Part shown: in pieces, positions 1-13,608 of the stretch | Layout: every line of letters starts with the position of its first letter | How positions within the stretch are numbered: the stretch's first letter is position 1 | Assembly: GCA_010093815.1 (NCBI GenBank) | Contig: ML996575.1 | Length of the DNA stretch: 64,000 nucleotides | Direction: 5' to 3' (one strand) | Source of the DNA: Pseudovirgaria hyperparasitica | Taxonomy: Eukaryota | Notes under the pieces: generated by a model | Seen by the model: the letters and a program-made list of their open reading frames with translations, nothing else | The model's database searches: none | What the model was told of the DNA's origin: nothing | Made by a program: the position numbers and the translations under genes

Positions 1-1297
1 GCAGGGCAGGACAATCAAGCGCTTGTCCAGCTCATTGTTCGGTTATGGGCGCGTCGGTTTGAAGGATGGAAAGGCGGTGGTATTTGGATAGAGAGAGTGG
101 TGATGGAGTTGAAGGCAAGTGGATAGGGTGTGATGATTGTCTATCACGGTGGGCAGACAAATGGTAACGGGGGAGCCGCTAGTCAGTCCAAATACGGAAA
201 GGTCGCAAAGCGGGCGCGGGAACCTTGGAACACTGGCAAGTGTGAGTGAATGAAGGGGGATTTTTGGGCGACAATGAAGAGCTGTTGAAGGAGTGAAGGT
301 AGCAATATGGATGAATGCGGCTCGCAGTGGTAGCAGTAGCAGAAGCAGAAGCAGTAAGTAATTAGTAGGCGCGGCAAGGTTGTTGTGTACGTGACTTTGG
401 GCGGAAGTGGAATGTTTTGATTTACAGCGACGCGATGCACCAGATGTAGCTAGTAAGACAGGAGATGGGGAGCGTGTTATTGACTTTTTGTTGACTTTGT
501 TGTGGTGCCCCGGTCCCGGTGCGTGGCAGGACGCAGGTGTAGCAACGGTAGTGTGTAGGTCGCAAATCGATAGGCTGAGGCTGGCCGGACGCGCTGGGCC
601 CACTACGGAGAATGTGCACTACTGTATGAGTATTCTGATGCAGCGCCAGCCAAATCCAGTCATGACTTGCGGACTTGACGGTCTTGACCTAATTGACGGT
701 CTACAGTACCAGTTACCAGTACCTACAGTGGTAATAAGAGCACGCGCGTTGAGGTGGACTTGCGACTTTGACTGTGACGGCCTTGTCAGGCTGCCTAGGA
801 CCACGGGACCACTCACCACTCCTACTGACTTTGACCATGGATTGGAGCCTCAGGCATACCTCGCTGCATCCTATGACTGCCCCGGTCTTACGTGCGCGTG
901 GGAATAGACTACTAGTAACTTACCTCTTAGGTAGACGGGCCTTACTTATCCTACCTATTAATCATCACCTGGATAATTACCTACTGTAATCAGCAGCAGT
1001 CACTCGGGAGTCGGAATACAGCCAGCTGCCCAGTGACTATTACACCCGCTAACTTGGATCTCATCCTCATGACGGCGGCCAGGATGTATTACCTCAGGCT
1101 ACCTACGACTGATTACTATGAACTGTACTCTACATACTCTATACCTACTGCTACTGTACCCCCACCACCAACCCCACCTCTCTCTCAGCGCCAGTTTCAC
1201 ATTCGGACCTGTCATTCCCCCCCAACCGCGCGCCCGATGTGATGTTACTGTTACTGCTAACCACTACTGGGTACTGTGCTGCTGCTACTACTGCGGA

Positions 1298-1360
1298 GCT
1301 GCTCCTCCTGCTCTTCCTGCTGCTCCTCCTCCTCCTCCTCCTCCTCTTCCTCCTCCTGCT
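1298..1360. repeat. (CCT/GCT)n trinucleotide microsatellite upstream of the aminopeptidase
   Basis: Run gctgctcctcctgctcttcctgctgctcctcctcctcctcctcctcctcttcctcctcctgct read directly. Confidence 0.85.
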
Positions 1361-1660
1361 CGCCAGCAGCGTCTAAAATGCTCAGTCAGCTGCTGTGAGT
1401 GACTCCGGAGTCGTCCGAGTGCAGGTCAGTGTGAGTGTGAATTGGAGGCGTCTGGCGGGTCTTCTCCACGAGTCTCGTGTGCAGCCACCAGATTGGTTAT
1501 TAGCTCTTCTCTTTTCCTCTCTCTCTGCCAGGGCCTATTACATCAACCTCTGGCCACTCCTATGCCACAGCTTCCATTCTGCTCAATCCGCGCCCTGCAC
1601 CAGCTTCATTCGTCTTCATCGCTATCTGGTGTGCGGGTCCAACATCGCTCTCTACGCAAC

Positions 1661-3442
1661 ATGCCTCCCTCCCTTGCTGCCGCCAACGACTTCTTGTCCT
1701 ACGTGAACAGCTCTCCCACTCGTCAGCCTTCCCTTCCGCCTTCCTCGGCGCCTTCTAACCCAATTGCTGACCCTCCAAAGCTTTTCACGCCGTCAAGGGA
1801 GCTAGAGATCGACTCGAGAAGGCCGGCTTCAAGCCCATCAAAGTATGACCATGTGCTCTCGTGCTCACTTCCAAAACTCCTCGATTTTTCTCCATTTTTC
1901 TCGATTTTCTTTTCTTCTTCTAGACTTTTAGAAGGGTGCACAGCAAATGCGCGACGCCCTCAAAGTGCTCCCCTTGACATTTATTCGCCGCAGTGTCGCA
2001 ACTTTAAAGTGTTGCGCAACCACTAACGCAATTCGCAGGAACGGGAACCCTGGTCGTCGACTCTTCAACCCGGCGGAAGATATTACCTCACTCGAAACGC
2101 CTCGTCCATCGTAGCCTTCGCCATCGGCAAGAAATGGAAGGCTGGCAACCCTATATCCATGATAGGCGCGCACACCGATTCTCCTTGCCTTCGCATTAAG
2201 CCAGTCTCAAAGAAACAGAGTGATGGTTTCCTACAAGTTGGTGTCGAGACATATGGTGGAGGTTTATGGCATACCTGGTTCGATAGAGATCTGAGTATCG
2301 CCGGGAGAGTCATGGTCAAGCACGACGGACGTGTCGAACAGCGCTTGGTCAAGGTCGATCGGCCTCTTCTGCGAATTCCTACTTTGGCCATCCACCTCGA
2401 CCGCCAAGAAAACTTTCAGTTCAACAAAGAAACTCAACTCTTTCCTATCGCCGGCTTGGTCGCGGCAGAGCTGAACAGGCAGGAGTTGTCTGAGACTCCT
2501 AACAAACCCGACGGCGAGAAAGCAAAGAATGACGGTCCCTTTGAGCCGCTTCAGCTTCCGACCGAGCGACATCATCCTTTCATCGTTCAGATCATTGCCG
2601 ATGAAGCAGGTGTACCTGTAACGGATGTTGTTGACTTCGAGATAGTGCTCTACGATACTCAGAAGTCTGCCGTTGGTGGCTTGAATAACGAGCTGATATT
2701 CTCGCCACGACTCGACAATCTGATGATGTCCTACTGCAGCACCCAGGCTATCATCAAGTCTCTTGAAGACGCAACCGCCCTTGATGGCGATCATACAATC
2801 AGACTGATTGCATTGTTCGATCATGAAGAAATTGGCAGTCAGACCGCACAGGGTGCCGACTCTAATCTTTTACCATCCATAATACGCAGATTGTCAGTCC
2901 TTCCAAACGGAAACCACGGATCCGAAAAATCCTACGTCCATGCCTCCGACACTGAGGTAGATACTGCTACTGCATACGAGCAGACTCTGTCTACCTCGTT
3001 TTTAATATCAGCAGACATGGCCCATTCCGTACATCCAAACTATCCCGCCAAGTATGAGTCTTCGCATCGTCCCGAAATGAACAAAGGCACTGTCATCAAG
3101 ATTAACGCCAATGCTCGCTATGCAACAAACTCTCCTGGCATCGCATTACTTCAAGAGTCTGCCAGGCGGGCAAAGAAATCATCCACGAGCACATCAAGTA
3201 CCGCAAACGGTGTTCCTCTACAGCTTTTCGTTGTAAGAAACGATTCGTCATGTGGTAGCACTATTGGTCCAATGCTGTCGGCGGCTATGGGCGTCCGGAC
3301 CTTGGACTTGGGCAACCCGCAACTGAGCATGCATAGCATCCGCGAGACTGGGGGTGCCCATGACGTCGAGCATGCTATCAATTTATTCGAAAGCTTTTTC
3401 GCCCATTTTTCTGAATTGGAGACGAAGATATTGGTCGATTGA
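1661..3442 (+). CDS. APE4: Aspartyl aminopeptidase (M18), 3 exons (approx 1661-1721, 1781-1842, 2039-3442)
   Basis: Spliced N-terminus MPPSLAAANDFLSYVNSSPTPFHAV. M18 motifs GAHTDSP, RLDNL, FDHEEIGS, SADMAH, QLSMHSIRE. GT-AG introns with branch sites. Confidence 0.95.
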
Positions 3443-3786
3443 CTCCCAATCGCCTCTCCTCCGAAGGAGAGGCTGTAGGTAAAGCCTCACTTCAGACGTT
3501 GTAGATATGTAGCAGTAGACGAGACCGACGACGACACGAGATTTAGCATTCTGGAGGTGGTGCTCATGTTGTCTCTGGGTATATGGTGGGGGTATGTGAC
3601 AATCTGACTCGTGTCGGAATGATAACATTATGGCCAATGAATCGTGGACTACCTCGTGGCGGGGTGACGTCCGAGTACCTAAGGTGGGGCTCAGGCTCAT
3701 TGTTCAACAGTTCTTTTAGAAGAAGTTCAGCCATCTAATACAGATCTCCTTTCTTGCCAAAGCAAAAATTAAATACGTTCAACAAC

Positions 3787-4894
3787 ATGAGTGTCTCACA
3801 TTGCTTGACAGGCGACAAAGTCGCAATCGATGCATTCCTAGACCAATTCGATGTACGTGGATCTGGGTCATTCGTGCGCGCAATACTTCTAATCATGGGA
3901 ATCAGGTCTTCCTCTTCGACTGCGATGGTACGCGCCCTCTCACTACCAACATAAACATACGCACTGCACATAGTCATGCTTCAGGTGGAATATAATACTG
4001 ACAATTATGCGTGAAGGATAGGCGTGCTATGGTCCGGCAATCACATCTTCCCTGATGTACCCGAAACCCTCGACATGCTGCGGAACAGGGGCAAGAGGCT
4101 CGTTTTTGTGACCAACAATAGCACGAAGAGCAGGCAAGACTACAAAGCAAAGTTTGACAAAGCTGGCATCCAAGCCAATGTGGTACGATAGCCGATTCTC
4201 GAGGGCTGCGATCGAGCTCACTATGCTCTAGGAAGAAATCTTTGGTTCGTCCTACAGCGCCGCCATCTACATCGCGCGGATCCTTGACCTCCCCGCCGAC
4301 AAGAAGAAGGTATACATACTTGGCGAATCAGGTATCGAGCAAGAGCTTGCGTCCGAGGGCATCAAATACTGCGGTGGGACGGATCCAAACATGCGCCGCG
4401 ACATCGAACAAGAAGATTTCGATGCGCTCGCAGATGGCTCTGCATTGGATCCGGAAGTTGGCGTAGTTCTTGCTGGTCTTGACTTCCACGTGAATTACCT
4501 AAAGCTTGCGTACGGTCTCGCCTACCTTCAACGTGGAGCTGTCTATCTCGCTACCAATACAGACAGCACCCTACCCATGTCCAAATCTTTCTTCCTTGGT
4601 GCAGGAGGGGTCGGAGCACCACTCGTTACAAGCTTTGGGAAAGAGCCACTCTCTTTAGGCAAGCCAAGTCAGGCAATGCTGGATGCTGTTGAGGCCAAGG
4701 TCAAGATGGATCGGAGTCGGACCTGTATGATTGGTGATCGACTAAATACCGACATCAGGTTCGGCATTGATGGGAAACTAGGCGGCACCCTCGCAGTCTT
4801 GACTGGCGTGAGCAAGAAGGAAGAGTTTCTAGCTGATGGCGCAGAAACAGTACCGGCAGCCTATGTGGAGAAGCTTAGCGACTTGTTGGGCTGA
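3787..4894 (+). CDS. PHO13: HAD-IIA 4-nitrophenyl/phosphoglycolate phosphatase, multi-exon
   Basis: Spliced FD|VFLFDCDG|VLW (HAD motif I), plus VFVTNNSTKSR, GKPS and MIGDRLNTDIRFG. Confidence 0.93.
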
Positions 4895-5194
4895 TAGGAT
4901 CGCATATTTATGATGTGGCAAGCTGGAGTTAATTCTCGTGGAACATACTAGGAGACCTAGAGCATATGACTGCTTATTCAGCCCAGCCTATACTTGACCT
5001 TTCGATTGTTTTGCACAGTGATTGTAATTGGTTCATCAGTGTGTACTTAAACGCGAAATAACGCGTGGACGCGTCCATTTCTTGGCGGCGCGTCTTCCGA
5101 CATTCCGGCGACAGGGCTACTACTCATTTGATCCCCACCAGAAATACAGCATTGCGACAAACGAATTGCTATAACTAGCCAACATACATACACC

Positions 5195-6812
5195 ATGCTT
5201 CGGTCAGATAATCGCATCGATCCCAAGCGCAGAGCGCACCTAAGCCATAAGAAGCGACAATTCGCCGATTCAGAGTTCAAACAACAACACTATGAGCACC
5301 GATTGAACTTTTATGAATTACCGCCGACGACGGAGATCAGCTTGGAAGAGTTTGAGGAATGGGCTATCTCCAGGCTAAAAGGTCACACCCACAACGCTCG
5401 GTGTTCTTATAACCTAGTCGACTGACAAACGGACAGTGCTCTCTGAGCTCGAAGCATGCTCATTTCGCAACCGATCTCCGGAAGAAACAACTTCATATAT
5501 GTCTTCTATTCTAGAAAAACACTTGCCTCTGCACTCAAATTCATCGCGATCATCTACGTTACAGGATGAACGCAGAAAAGACCATTACTCGCATTTTATA
5601 CTCCGACTTGCCTTTTCGTCGACGCCAGACCTGCGCCAGAGGTTTGCACGTCTCGAAACCATGCTCTTCCGGCTGCGTTTCAAAGAGGACGACACGAGGG
5701 AAAAGCAAGCGTTTGTAAAGAGCCTCAACTTCGACTGGGAAGAGATGTCCAAGGAAGAGAAGGAGGAACTTGCCAAAGACCTGCTTGCGACAACTCCGGG
5801 CATTAGAAACGTAGATGAAGAAGGATGGTTTAAAGTGGATTGGGAGCAAGTCCCAGAACTGGTTGAGCAAAGAAGGGTACTTCTCAGGAGAGGAAGGGCG
5901 TATGTGCCGCAAAGGGAACAAATGAGCTTGGTCCTTGCAGAATTCACCAAACGGTTGGACTCTGCACTCGAGGCAAGCATTTCAGTCACTATCAACATTG
6001 CGATCGTTGAACCTAACCAGTATTAACAGCTTACCTCTCGAGCACTACCTCGATTAGACGAAGACGATCGCCTGAAGCCTATACTCGAGCATTTGTCCAC
6101 TAATTTCACTGCCCCTGACGTCGCATATAGTTCAGCAGACGGTGATATAGCAGGAATGTCCGTACCAACCGCTGCAAACATCGACACGCTCTCGCAGCAT
6201 TTTCCCCTTTGCATGCAGAATCTACATCAAACTCTGCGTGCGAATTCACATCTGAAGCATTTGGGCCGTCTACAGTATACGCTCTTCCTAAAGGGAATCG
6301 GACTGAGCCTCGAAGAATGCATAATCTTCTGGCGCCGCAGCTTCAAGCTCATCACCGACGAGAAGTTCAACAAGGAGTACCGATACAATGTGCGCCATGC
6401 GTATGGTGACGTTGGAGGTGATGCAAACCGCCGTGGACGAGGGTACACGCCATACTCATGTCAAAGGATCCTCACGGAGCCTCTTCCAGGTCCAGGTCAA
6501 TCGCATGGCTGTCCGTATCGAACATTCGCACCTGACAACCTAATCTCTCTGCTTCAGAAGGTGGGTGTAAGCGACCGCGAACTGCTGAGGGGTGTCAAGG
6601 AAGACGTCGGCAAGCAAAGGTATCATATTGCTTGTAATAGGGTGTTTGAACATGCACACAGAGTTGAGATCAAGACTGTTAAGGATCAAGGTACGTTGGG
6701 GGCGGCGCAGCTGGATACCATTGTGCATCCGAATACATACTTCAAACGCAGCTGGATGCTGAAGCACCTGGGAGAGGCGGGAGTAAAAGAAGAAATGATG
6801 GATGAGAGCTGA
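5195..6812 (+). CDS. PRI2: DNA primase large (Fe-S) subunit, 3 exons; second intron is GC-AG
   Basis: KDHYSHFILRLAF, HFPLCM, HLKHLGRLQYTLFLKGIG, YTPYSC, HGCPY, YHIAC, HPNTYF: the conserved PriL Fe-S ligand pattern. Confidence 0.96.
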
Positions 6813-7098
6813 AAGACTCGAAAGGGACTACTGGAGTTGGATACTATGGCGTTCATGGACTGCGCACTTGGACCGGCCCGGGGAATAGCATGACTGGGTC
6901 GTAATGTAGGCATATCACGTTTAGCGCATTGTTTTGACGACGACAAATGGGCAGCTTCACCAAATTCAAGACATACATTCTTGTAGAAATCACAGGGCTG
7001 ATACAAAACACTCCCCATCTTGGGAGAGGCGTCGGCGTTTCACCAAAGCATACGTCCCTCTCCACGATCAGACTGTGAAGCACCCATCACAATTCATC

Positions 7099-7488
7099 TC
7101 ACGCTGGCGCAGTCATTCCCGCAAGACCCCAAGCAGCAATCAGCGCTCCCGAAACACCCCTAAACACCGCCTTGCTAGGCATGCCTTCCCTCCAACAGAT
7201 CCACGCGTCGACCGCCCCAACGTAAAGCCCAAGCGTCGCCATCACCATATCAAACTCCACGAACCTCTCGCGAAAGTACAGCATGAACATAGACAGGCCC
7301 ACGACAGTGCCGCGAGCAGAGCTGAGAACCATGATAGCTTGCGCCTCCTTGGACAGGGCGACGCGCGGCGGGAGCCCGAATTCGAGGATGGCACCGTGTG
7401 CGTTGAAGAAGGGCCATAGGCCGCCAAATGTCACGGCGGAGGCGACGAAGAGGGAGGGCGTCTGGAAGAGGGTGAAGTGCTCAAACAT
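7099..7488 (-). CDS. Small integral membrane protein, DUF4267-like (paralog 1)
   Basis: Intronless ORF from MFEHF. Four hydrophobic segments with GGLWPFF..AILEFGLP and SARGTVVGL..DAWICWREG pattern. Family assigned from memory. Confidence 0.7.
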   Translation of the reverse strand: MFEHFTLFQTPSLFVASAVTFGGLWPFFNAHGAILEFGLPPRVALSKEAQAIMVLSSARGTVVGLSMFMLYFRERFVEFDMVMATLGLYVGAVDAWICWREGMPSKAVFRGVSGALIAAWGLAGMTAPA

Positions 7489-8008
7489 GGTGTTGATTGT
7501 GAGGAGTGGGAGTTTGGGGGCGTGATGTTTGTGTTTGTTTGGACTTTGCTCGGATGGGGTTTTGGGCCGATTGTGATGGGTCGTTGGGTTCAAAGTGAGA
7601 GGGGAGAAGGGGGATGGGATATAAGAGGCACGGTTAATGTTTTAAATAGTGTGAGGTTGCGCTGTGCTTGCAGGCCGGGTTACGTTCATGGGTGCCGCGC
7701 TAGGACAGATTGGGATGAGTAGTGAATAGAGCTCTCTATTCGTCAAGTCGTACATATTCCGAGCGCATATCGCCATACCGCTAAATTCCAAAACTACCTC
7801 CCATAGTTGAAACGTGTACTCCAACTGATAGAATACTAGCAGCCGCCGTGAGTCTTCGGACCGGCTCAATCGTATGTATCGAGTGTATTGCTTCATCTGA
7901 CTTCATAACTCAAAACACGCCTGTGTTTTCATGGAAAGGGTAACAACATCTGCTCAAGCTCGAGATTATGTATCTGGTCCAAGCCCTGCTGCATACAGAT
8001 CATGGTCA

Positions 8009-8479
8009 TTACAGCACCTTTAAACCAACAGGCGACACTCCAGATGTCAGTCCCACGATCCCAATCATCGCCGACAAGCCCACAGCCACGAATCGGAACA
8101 TGGCCTGCCCAGGACGACCATGCTGACTGAGAACCCAGGCATCCATAAATGCAATGTATCCCACCACCGACCATATAATGTCAATGGCTTCCAAGTGTTT
8201 CGCAGCGTACAGAGCCAGTACTGATAGACCGATCGTCGTATCACGTGCGGAGAAGACTGTAATGACTGGGAACGCGGGCTTCGCGGCGGCAATGGATGGT
8301 TGAAAGCCAAACTTCGTGAGCGCGCTCGAGGCGCTGAAGACAGGCCAAGTCCCACCAGTTGCCGTGAGTGCGGCGACGAGTATGGAGGGGATGTGGCGGT
8401 TCTCGAAGTGTTCGAAATGGGAGAATGCGAGAGTGATGATAGCTCCGCTCAGGAGGTGGGCGATTTCTCCGGTAGCCAT
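8009..8479 (-). CDS. Small integral membrane protein, DUF4267-like (paralog 2)
   Basis: 156-aa ORF aligning by eye to the neighbour: FEHF, GGTWPVF, ALTKFGF, SARDTTIGL, DAWVL..G.P.QAMFR. Confidence 0.72.
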   Translation of the reverse strand: MATGEIAHLLSGAIITLAFSHFEHFENRHIPSILVAALTATGGTWPVFSASSALTKFGFQPSIAAAKPAFPVITVFSARDTTIGLSVLALYAAKHLEAIDIIWSVVGYIAFMDAWVLSQHGRPGQAMFRFVAVGLSAMIGIVGLTSGVSPVGLKVL

Positions 8480-9449
8480 GAGTCTCGACGAAGATATTTT
8501 AGTATGGACGATGTGGGTGGGATATTGGACTGCAGAGTAAGCAGGATGCTCTGTGTATTTCGAGTTGCCGGGCGAATTTTGCGAGTGCTAAGTTTGAAGC
8601 ACAGGCGGTGGGATGAGGACAGCCCTGTTTCCCCCATCTACCTTGCCTGCTTGTTCTGATCTACATATAGATATTGACATCATTGACCATGCCGTAATAG
8701 CGGCACAGTCAAGGTTGCTTGCAGCGATATCTTGATTCCATGTTACCGCTGTCATACGGAGCGGGCATATGGGTGTGTCGGAACCTTCCGCCTTGCTACT
8801 AGGCATTCCCTTGCGGCCCGCATCGTCGCTAGCTGCCGAATGGGGCTTTCGGGCTTATTTGGCCGAAAGTCTCACAATATCATACTTTATCAATCAAAGA
8901 CGCATGACCGCCCAACATCCCCATCTTCCCATAAGTGGCCAATTTTCTCCAGAGCTGTGCCATCAGCTGCAGCTTAGCCGCCCATCCCACATGATATGAC
9001 CAAGTTGCCTTGTTTATCCTCCCTTTTCCTGAACGATCTATCATGTCATACTTCATCGCTAGGACAGTCAATCTTGTGGTCGGCAAGACACGGTCTGACG
9101 AAGAGCAAGACATAGTCCAAAAATCGGCACTATCAGGACCTAGCCTGAGAAGGCCGATTATACTCGCTCGCGCGCAACACCAATTGTAGTCTCTGGTTGG
9201 TTTACGGAATGCGTACTTTTATTCGAACTAAGGCAAGCTCATCAAGATCATCCGTCAAAAGTCTGAAGCTATTCCGGAAATTCCAATCGCAACGATAATG
9301 ATAACGTGTCAAGAAATCCTCCACAAGGTAAGAGTACACAAAGGCTACCCAGGGTTCCAACATTTTGGTCACTTGACTCTGGTTAGGCCAACGATATTCC
9401 AACCGCCCATTTCCGCTCCCGATCATGTGCGGATAACGAAGTATTGAGC

Positions 9450-10743
9450 TCAAAACTCAACAACATGTGACTTTGCTGGCTTGGCAGCTGATCCAGAAGT
9501 ACTGGGTCTTCCGCGTGTAGATTCAGTGGCAACTGACGTCGAGCTCGGAGATGTCCAAATCATACTCTTCTGTAGAAGAGAAAAGACTGTGGATTTGGTG
9601 AAGATCTTGAACCAGTATGCGGACACAGCTGGCGCGCAGCTGACGATGACAGTCCCCGAAACTTCGGCGGTTCTGGCACTGTATGTCAGATGGCGAAGAT
9701 GACTAGAGGTAATGGAACTCACGATATAATTCCAAGAAGGATCCCGTACCAGAAAGGGTCCTTCCCCTCGTAAATGATGACCCTCAGGGCGAGCGATACG
9801 ACACTCAATGCTACGAGGCTGTGAAAGGGCGATCAGCTGAGTTTGAAGCATTGGAAGATGCCGTACTGAACCTACATGACACCAGTAGAAAATACAATCC
9901 CTAGATGAATCTTCTTCGAGGTGCTCAGTCGAAGATGCATGATGATCGGGAAAGGTAGCAGAAGTATCACCAGATCCGCAATCACGGCAAAGACTCCCAC
10001 GATAAGACTTATCCAAGCGGAGTCAGAACATCGCTTGAACGTGACGTCTGCCCACGCCTCTCCAGATCGTGGGACACAAAAGACGCCACTGATGACAATA
10101 TTGAGCCCAAAAATGATAGCCATGAGGAAAATCCAGATGTAGGAGGAGATTCTGAGCCACTTTACCTTCCCAAAGATGCGGAGATAAAGAGCGAGGATCG
10201 CAGATTTCGCAGCCCAAAGAGTTGGCGCGATGATCATTTGACTGAGAATTTGATTCTAGCTGCCATTAACTACGATTCTTGTAGATTCAGTGAGTTTCCT
10301 ATGGTTTTACCTGCATAACTTGGTCTGTCAACATGGCAACGGACGTATCCCAGGAGTGCCTGCCAATGCCAGCTTCGCACACTTTGACATGTTAACAATA
10401 GTGTATATAAATTCGAGGCTCACTCACTCTTTCTCTGGGAAGCAAAGTAAACAATGCCCCCGGCATGAGCTAAGAAGCAGAGGTCTATGAAATAACAGTC
10501 AGTATAGCTGTAATAGCTTCTCGTCATATTCTTACAGTCATCAATGAACAATCGCCTAGTCAGACGTAGGTTCGTATAGGCTCGAAAGATGAGGAAAACA
10601 GTGCTCAAGATTATCAGAGTGAGCCCTCCAGCGAATTGGGAGTCCTTCAGAGAAGGCGGATTGATAAAGTTCGACGGGGCACCGCTAGGGTTTGTCGACA
10701 TGGGAATGAGAGATGGATCAACGCCTTGTGGAGCTGCGTTCAT
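9450..10743 (-). CDS. PTH11-like / fungal rhodopsin-domain 7TM membrane protein (no CFEM), multi-exon
   Basis: N-terminal P..NP.G.PSNF.NPPSL, FRAYT, RHGWD-like exon, AKSAILALYLRIF, ADLVILLLPFPII..L..S..KK, and E....VIVSCAP. Confidence 0.85.
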
Positions 10744-11515
10744 TTTCGATGTCGTGAAGAACCTCACTCTGAAGCTGAGTTCTAGTGGTGAAAGTTACTG
10801 TGGGTCTGGAAGAACCTGTGGCGATGTAGTTGATCTTAATCAGGCTGCGAAAGCTGAAAATAGAAGCGCCTGGCTCATCAGTGCTCCCTTGTTATGAACA
10901 TGCATGCATGTATGTCACAAATGGTCCCCCAGAGTAGGAATGGGGGCGAGGGCACTGCTCCCTGGAGCATTTTTGCTCGTTTCACTGGCTTCGTTCGATC
11001 TGAGTCTAGTTTGTGTTGCTCCTTAGGCAGTTCTCCAGTGGAGTCTGGGTATCCTAGCTGCCGTCTCTTGCATGCAGACCTGTGCATAACTGGGGGCATG
11101 GCTGAATATTTTGAGTCTGCGGTTGGAATACCAGGATGATTGCAGATTTAAAGGCATCAAAGACATGACTAGCAGCAGTTCTCAAACTTGGTCAACCTCT
11201 CCTTGTGTGAGACATGAGTTGATTGCGCCTTGATATACGCCGTGTCTTAGGACAGGTTACAGCTTACAGGGGTTTCTGGAGAAAACTGTAGAGCAAGTAG
11301 GAGGCGACCAGCATAACTGCTCGTTTTAGAAATGATTGTCCTTACTTTCAGATAATACATCCGAGTGATGTTATATATCAGAATCGAAGACCACTGAATA
11401 ACAACAGTGAGCCAGTTCCACCATTCACAATCCACAAGATATTCATAACTACAATCTTTCTACAATAGTACCTCTTCTCAATTCAATCGGTGAGGTCTTG
11501 AGTCTATTGACTACC

Positions 11516-13608
11516 ATGGTTCTTGCCGATGTTGTGTTATTTAGGGCTGGAGATGAAGCATGGCCCTTACTAGTGTACATCAGTCTTGTCATCTTACTTC
11601 CTATACTATCTACATCAGTCCGGAAGCATGGTCTGGTCTGTTCCAGGAGCAGCATGTAGTGGTCATTTACTGACAGTGTCTACCAGCGATACGTCATACA
11701 CTATCCTTATCTAAGTTTGAGACGTTCAGTTGAGAAATGGAGTTTCTACTGGAAAGGCCCTTCCCTTATTCAGGCATCATATGATGCGGTTAGAAGACCT
11801 CCATGATATAGAAGAAATGAAGTAGCTAATATCTGAAAGGCCCACGGGAAACCGTTTATACTCGATGCTCCAGGCCGACGCCATACCCTCGTGTCTACGA
11901 AGCAGCATATCAAGGATCTTGATAATGCACCAAAGGATGTTCTTTCGTTACAGGCAGCAGCCAAAATCGTAGGTCATTTCTTATGCTGATGGCAAGCGGC
12001 TGACTTAGTGTAGATGTTACAACCCAAATATACCATGCATAGTTTCAACTGGCCTGATAAGAAAGGCCTTGATGGAGCTCCTTTGACTAGAACATTGCGA
12101 GCTTTCCTGAGACATGATCTTGGTAGGATCTTACCGAAAACACGCGTTCGGAACGAAATCCTTCTCAGGAACATGGTAGAGGAGAGCCAAGGACGACCAT
12201 CTATTAGCCATGTTTTTCATACCCTTGTGGCAAGCACTCATTCGCTGGCCTTTTTTTCTGACGATCTTGGTGCGTAGTTGACCCAAGATATTCTTCATGA
12301 TCTAGATTCAAGGGGTATTATGGACTAATGCAAGCTCACCCAAGTAGTCAACGATACAGAGTTCATGGACGCTGCCCTCGATTTCATCTTCAGGGTCATT
12401 TACATTGCCGAACCGCTTAATCTACTGCCAGAATTTTTACAACCGTTAGTGCGACTTTCCCCCCTACCTTCATAGAACTGATACATCTCCTCAGTATGAT
12501 CGGTACTTTGGTGGGATGGATGTGTCCATCGCAGAAAGTAATGTTCGACAAAGTCCGAGCTCTGGCTCAGATACGCCTCGACGAGCGAGAGCAGGCATCC
12601 AGAGGTATCAAGGGGCCTGAACATGTGAGTATTCAGGTATTTACACAATTCAGTCTCTAACATACAGCCACACAGAGGGACTGTCTGCAGTGGGTGATCG
12701 AGCAAACCCATAAGCTACGGCCATGGTCAGCAGATAAAGTCGACCCATGGTCAGCAGAGCGAGTAACCCATGAGATGATTGCATTATGGTTTGGAGCAAT
12801 GCACAGTGTCACTTCAGTAAGTTCCCACGCATGACTCAGCATCTCTTGAGTTCTTCAGTTATTCTCGTATTATGGAAGTCACTGATTCAACCAAACAGAC
12901 TCTTAATTACGTCATACAAGACCTCTGTTTGCATTCAGAGTATGTAACACCTCTCCGGATGGAGCTCGAAAGTGCTGCCTTCAAGGCTTTTGAAGCAACA
13001 GGAGAGGGACTACCTCTGCTGGAGAGCTTTATTAAAGAGTCTCAGAGGATGAATCCTTTGGATTGTGGTCAGACGTCTGCCGTAGATCACAATATGCTCA
13101 GTTGGCTAACGACAGTAGTTGGAACTCGACGACTAGCCTTGAAGCCATTCACTTTCTCCGGCGGTCATCAGGTGAATGCTGGTGAATGGGTATGCACACC
13201 GTTGACACCAATGCTCAAGGACTCGGCCAAGTGGGCCCAACCCAACGAATTCAACGGCTTCCGTCATGTGAGTTCCGAAATACTCGATTCTTTGAAAGAT
13301 CGTCATGTATATGGAAGTATACAAGCAGAGAGACCACTTCCAATCACCGACATTCGTGAATGGCAGACATGGGGCACGGGCAAAATGGCATGGTATGAGC
13401 TAATTCTCCTCACCGATTTCACTTTACTAACAATTTCTGAAGTCCAGGACGTTTCTATGCGAGTGCAATGATGAAGCAGATTCTCGGACTGATCATAACT
13501 GACTACGACTGCACGATGGAAAATGTGAATCAGAACCGCAACTTCTCTTGGCGGACTGTTTATATCCCAACGACTCCATGTATCACATTGAAGCAGAGGG
13601 CGCATTAG
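11516..13608 (+). CDS. Cytochrome P450 (secondary-metabolite type, ent-kaurene-oxidase-like clan), about 9-10 exons
   Basis: N-terminal TM segment, I-helix EMIALWFGAMH, K-helix ESQR, PNEFNGFR, and heme motif WGTGKMAC|PGRFYA split by an intron. Stop TAG at 13606-13608. Confidence 0.9.

Noticed and set aside
43..1402. ORFs at 43-603, 407-907, 1118-1402 etc.
   Set aside because: Low-complexity translations of promoter/UTR microsatellites. The region probably leads into a minus-strand gene starting left of the window.
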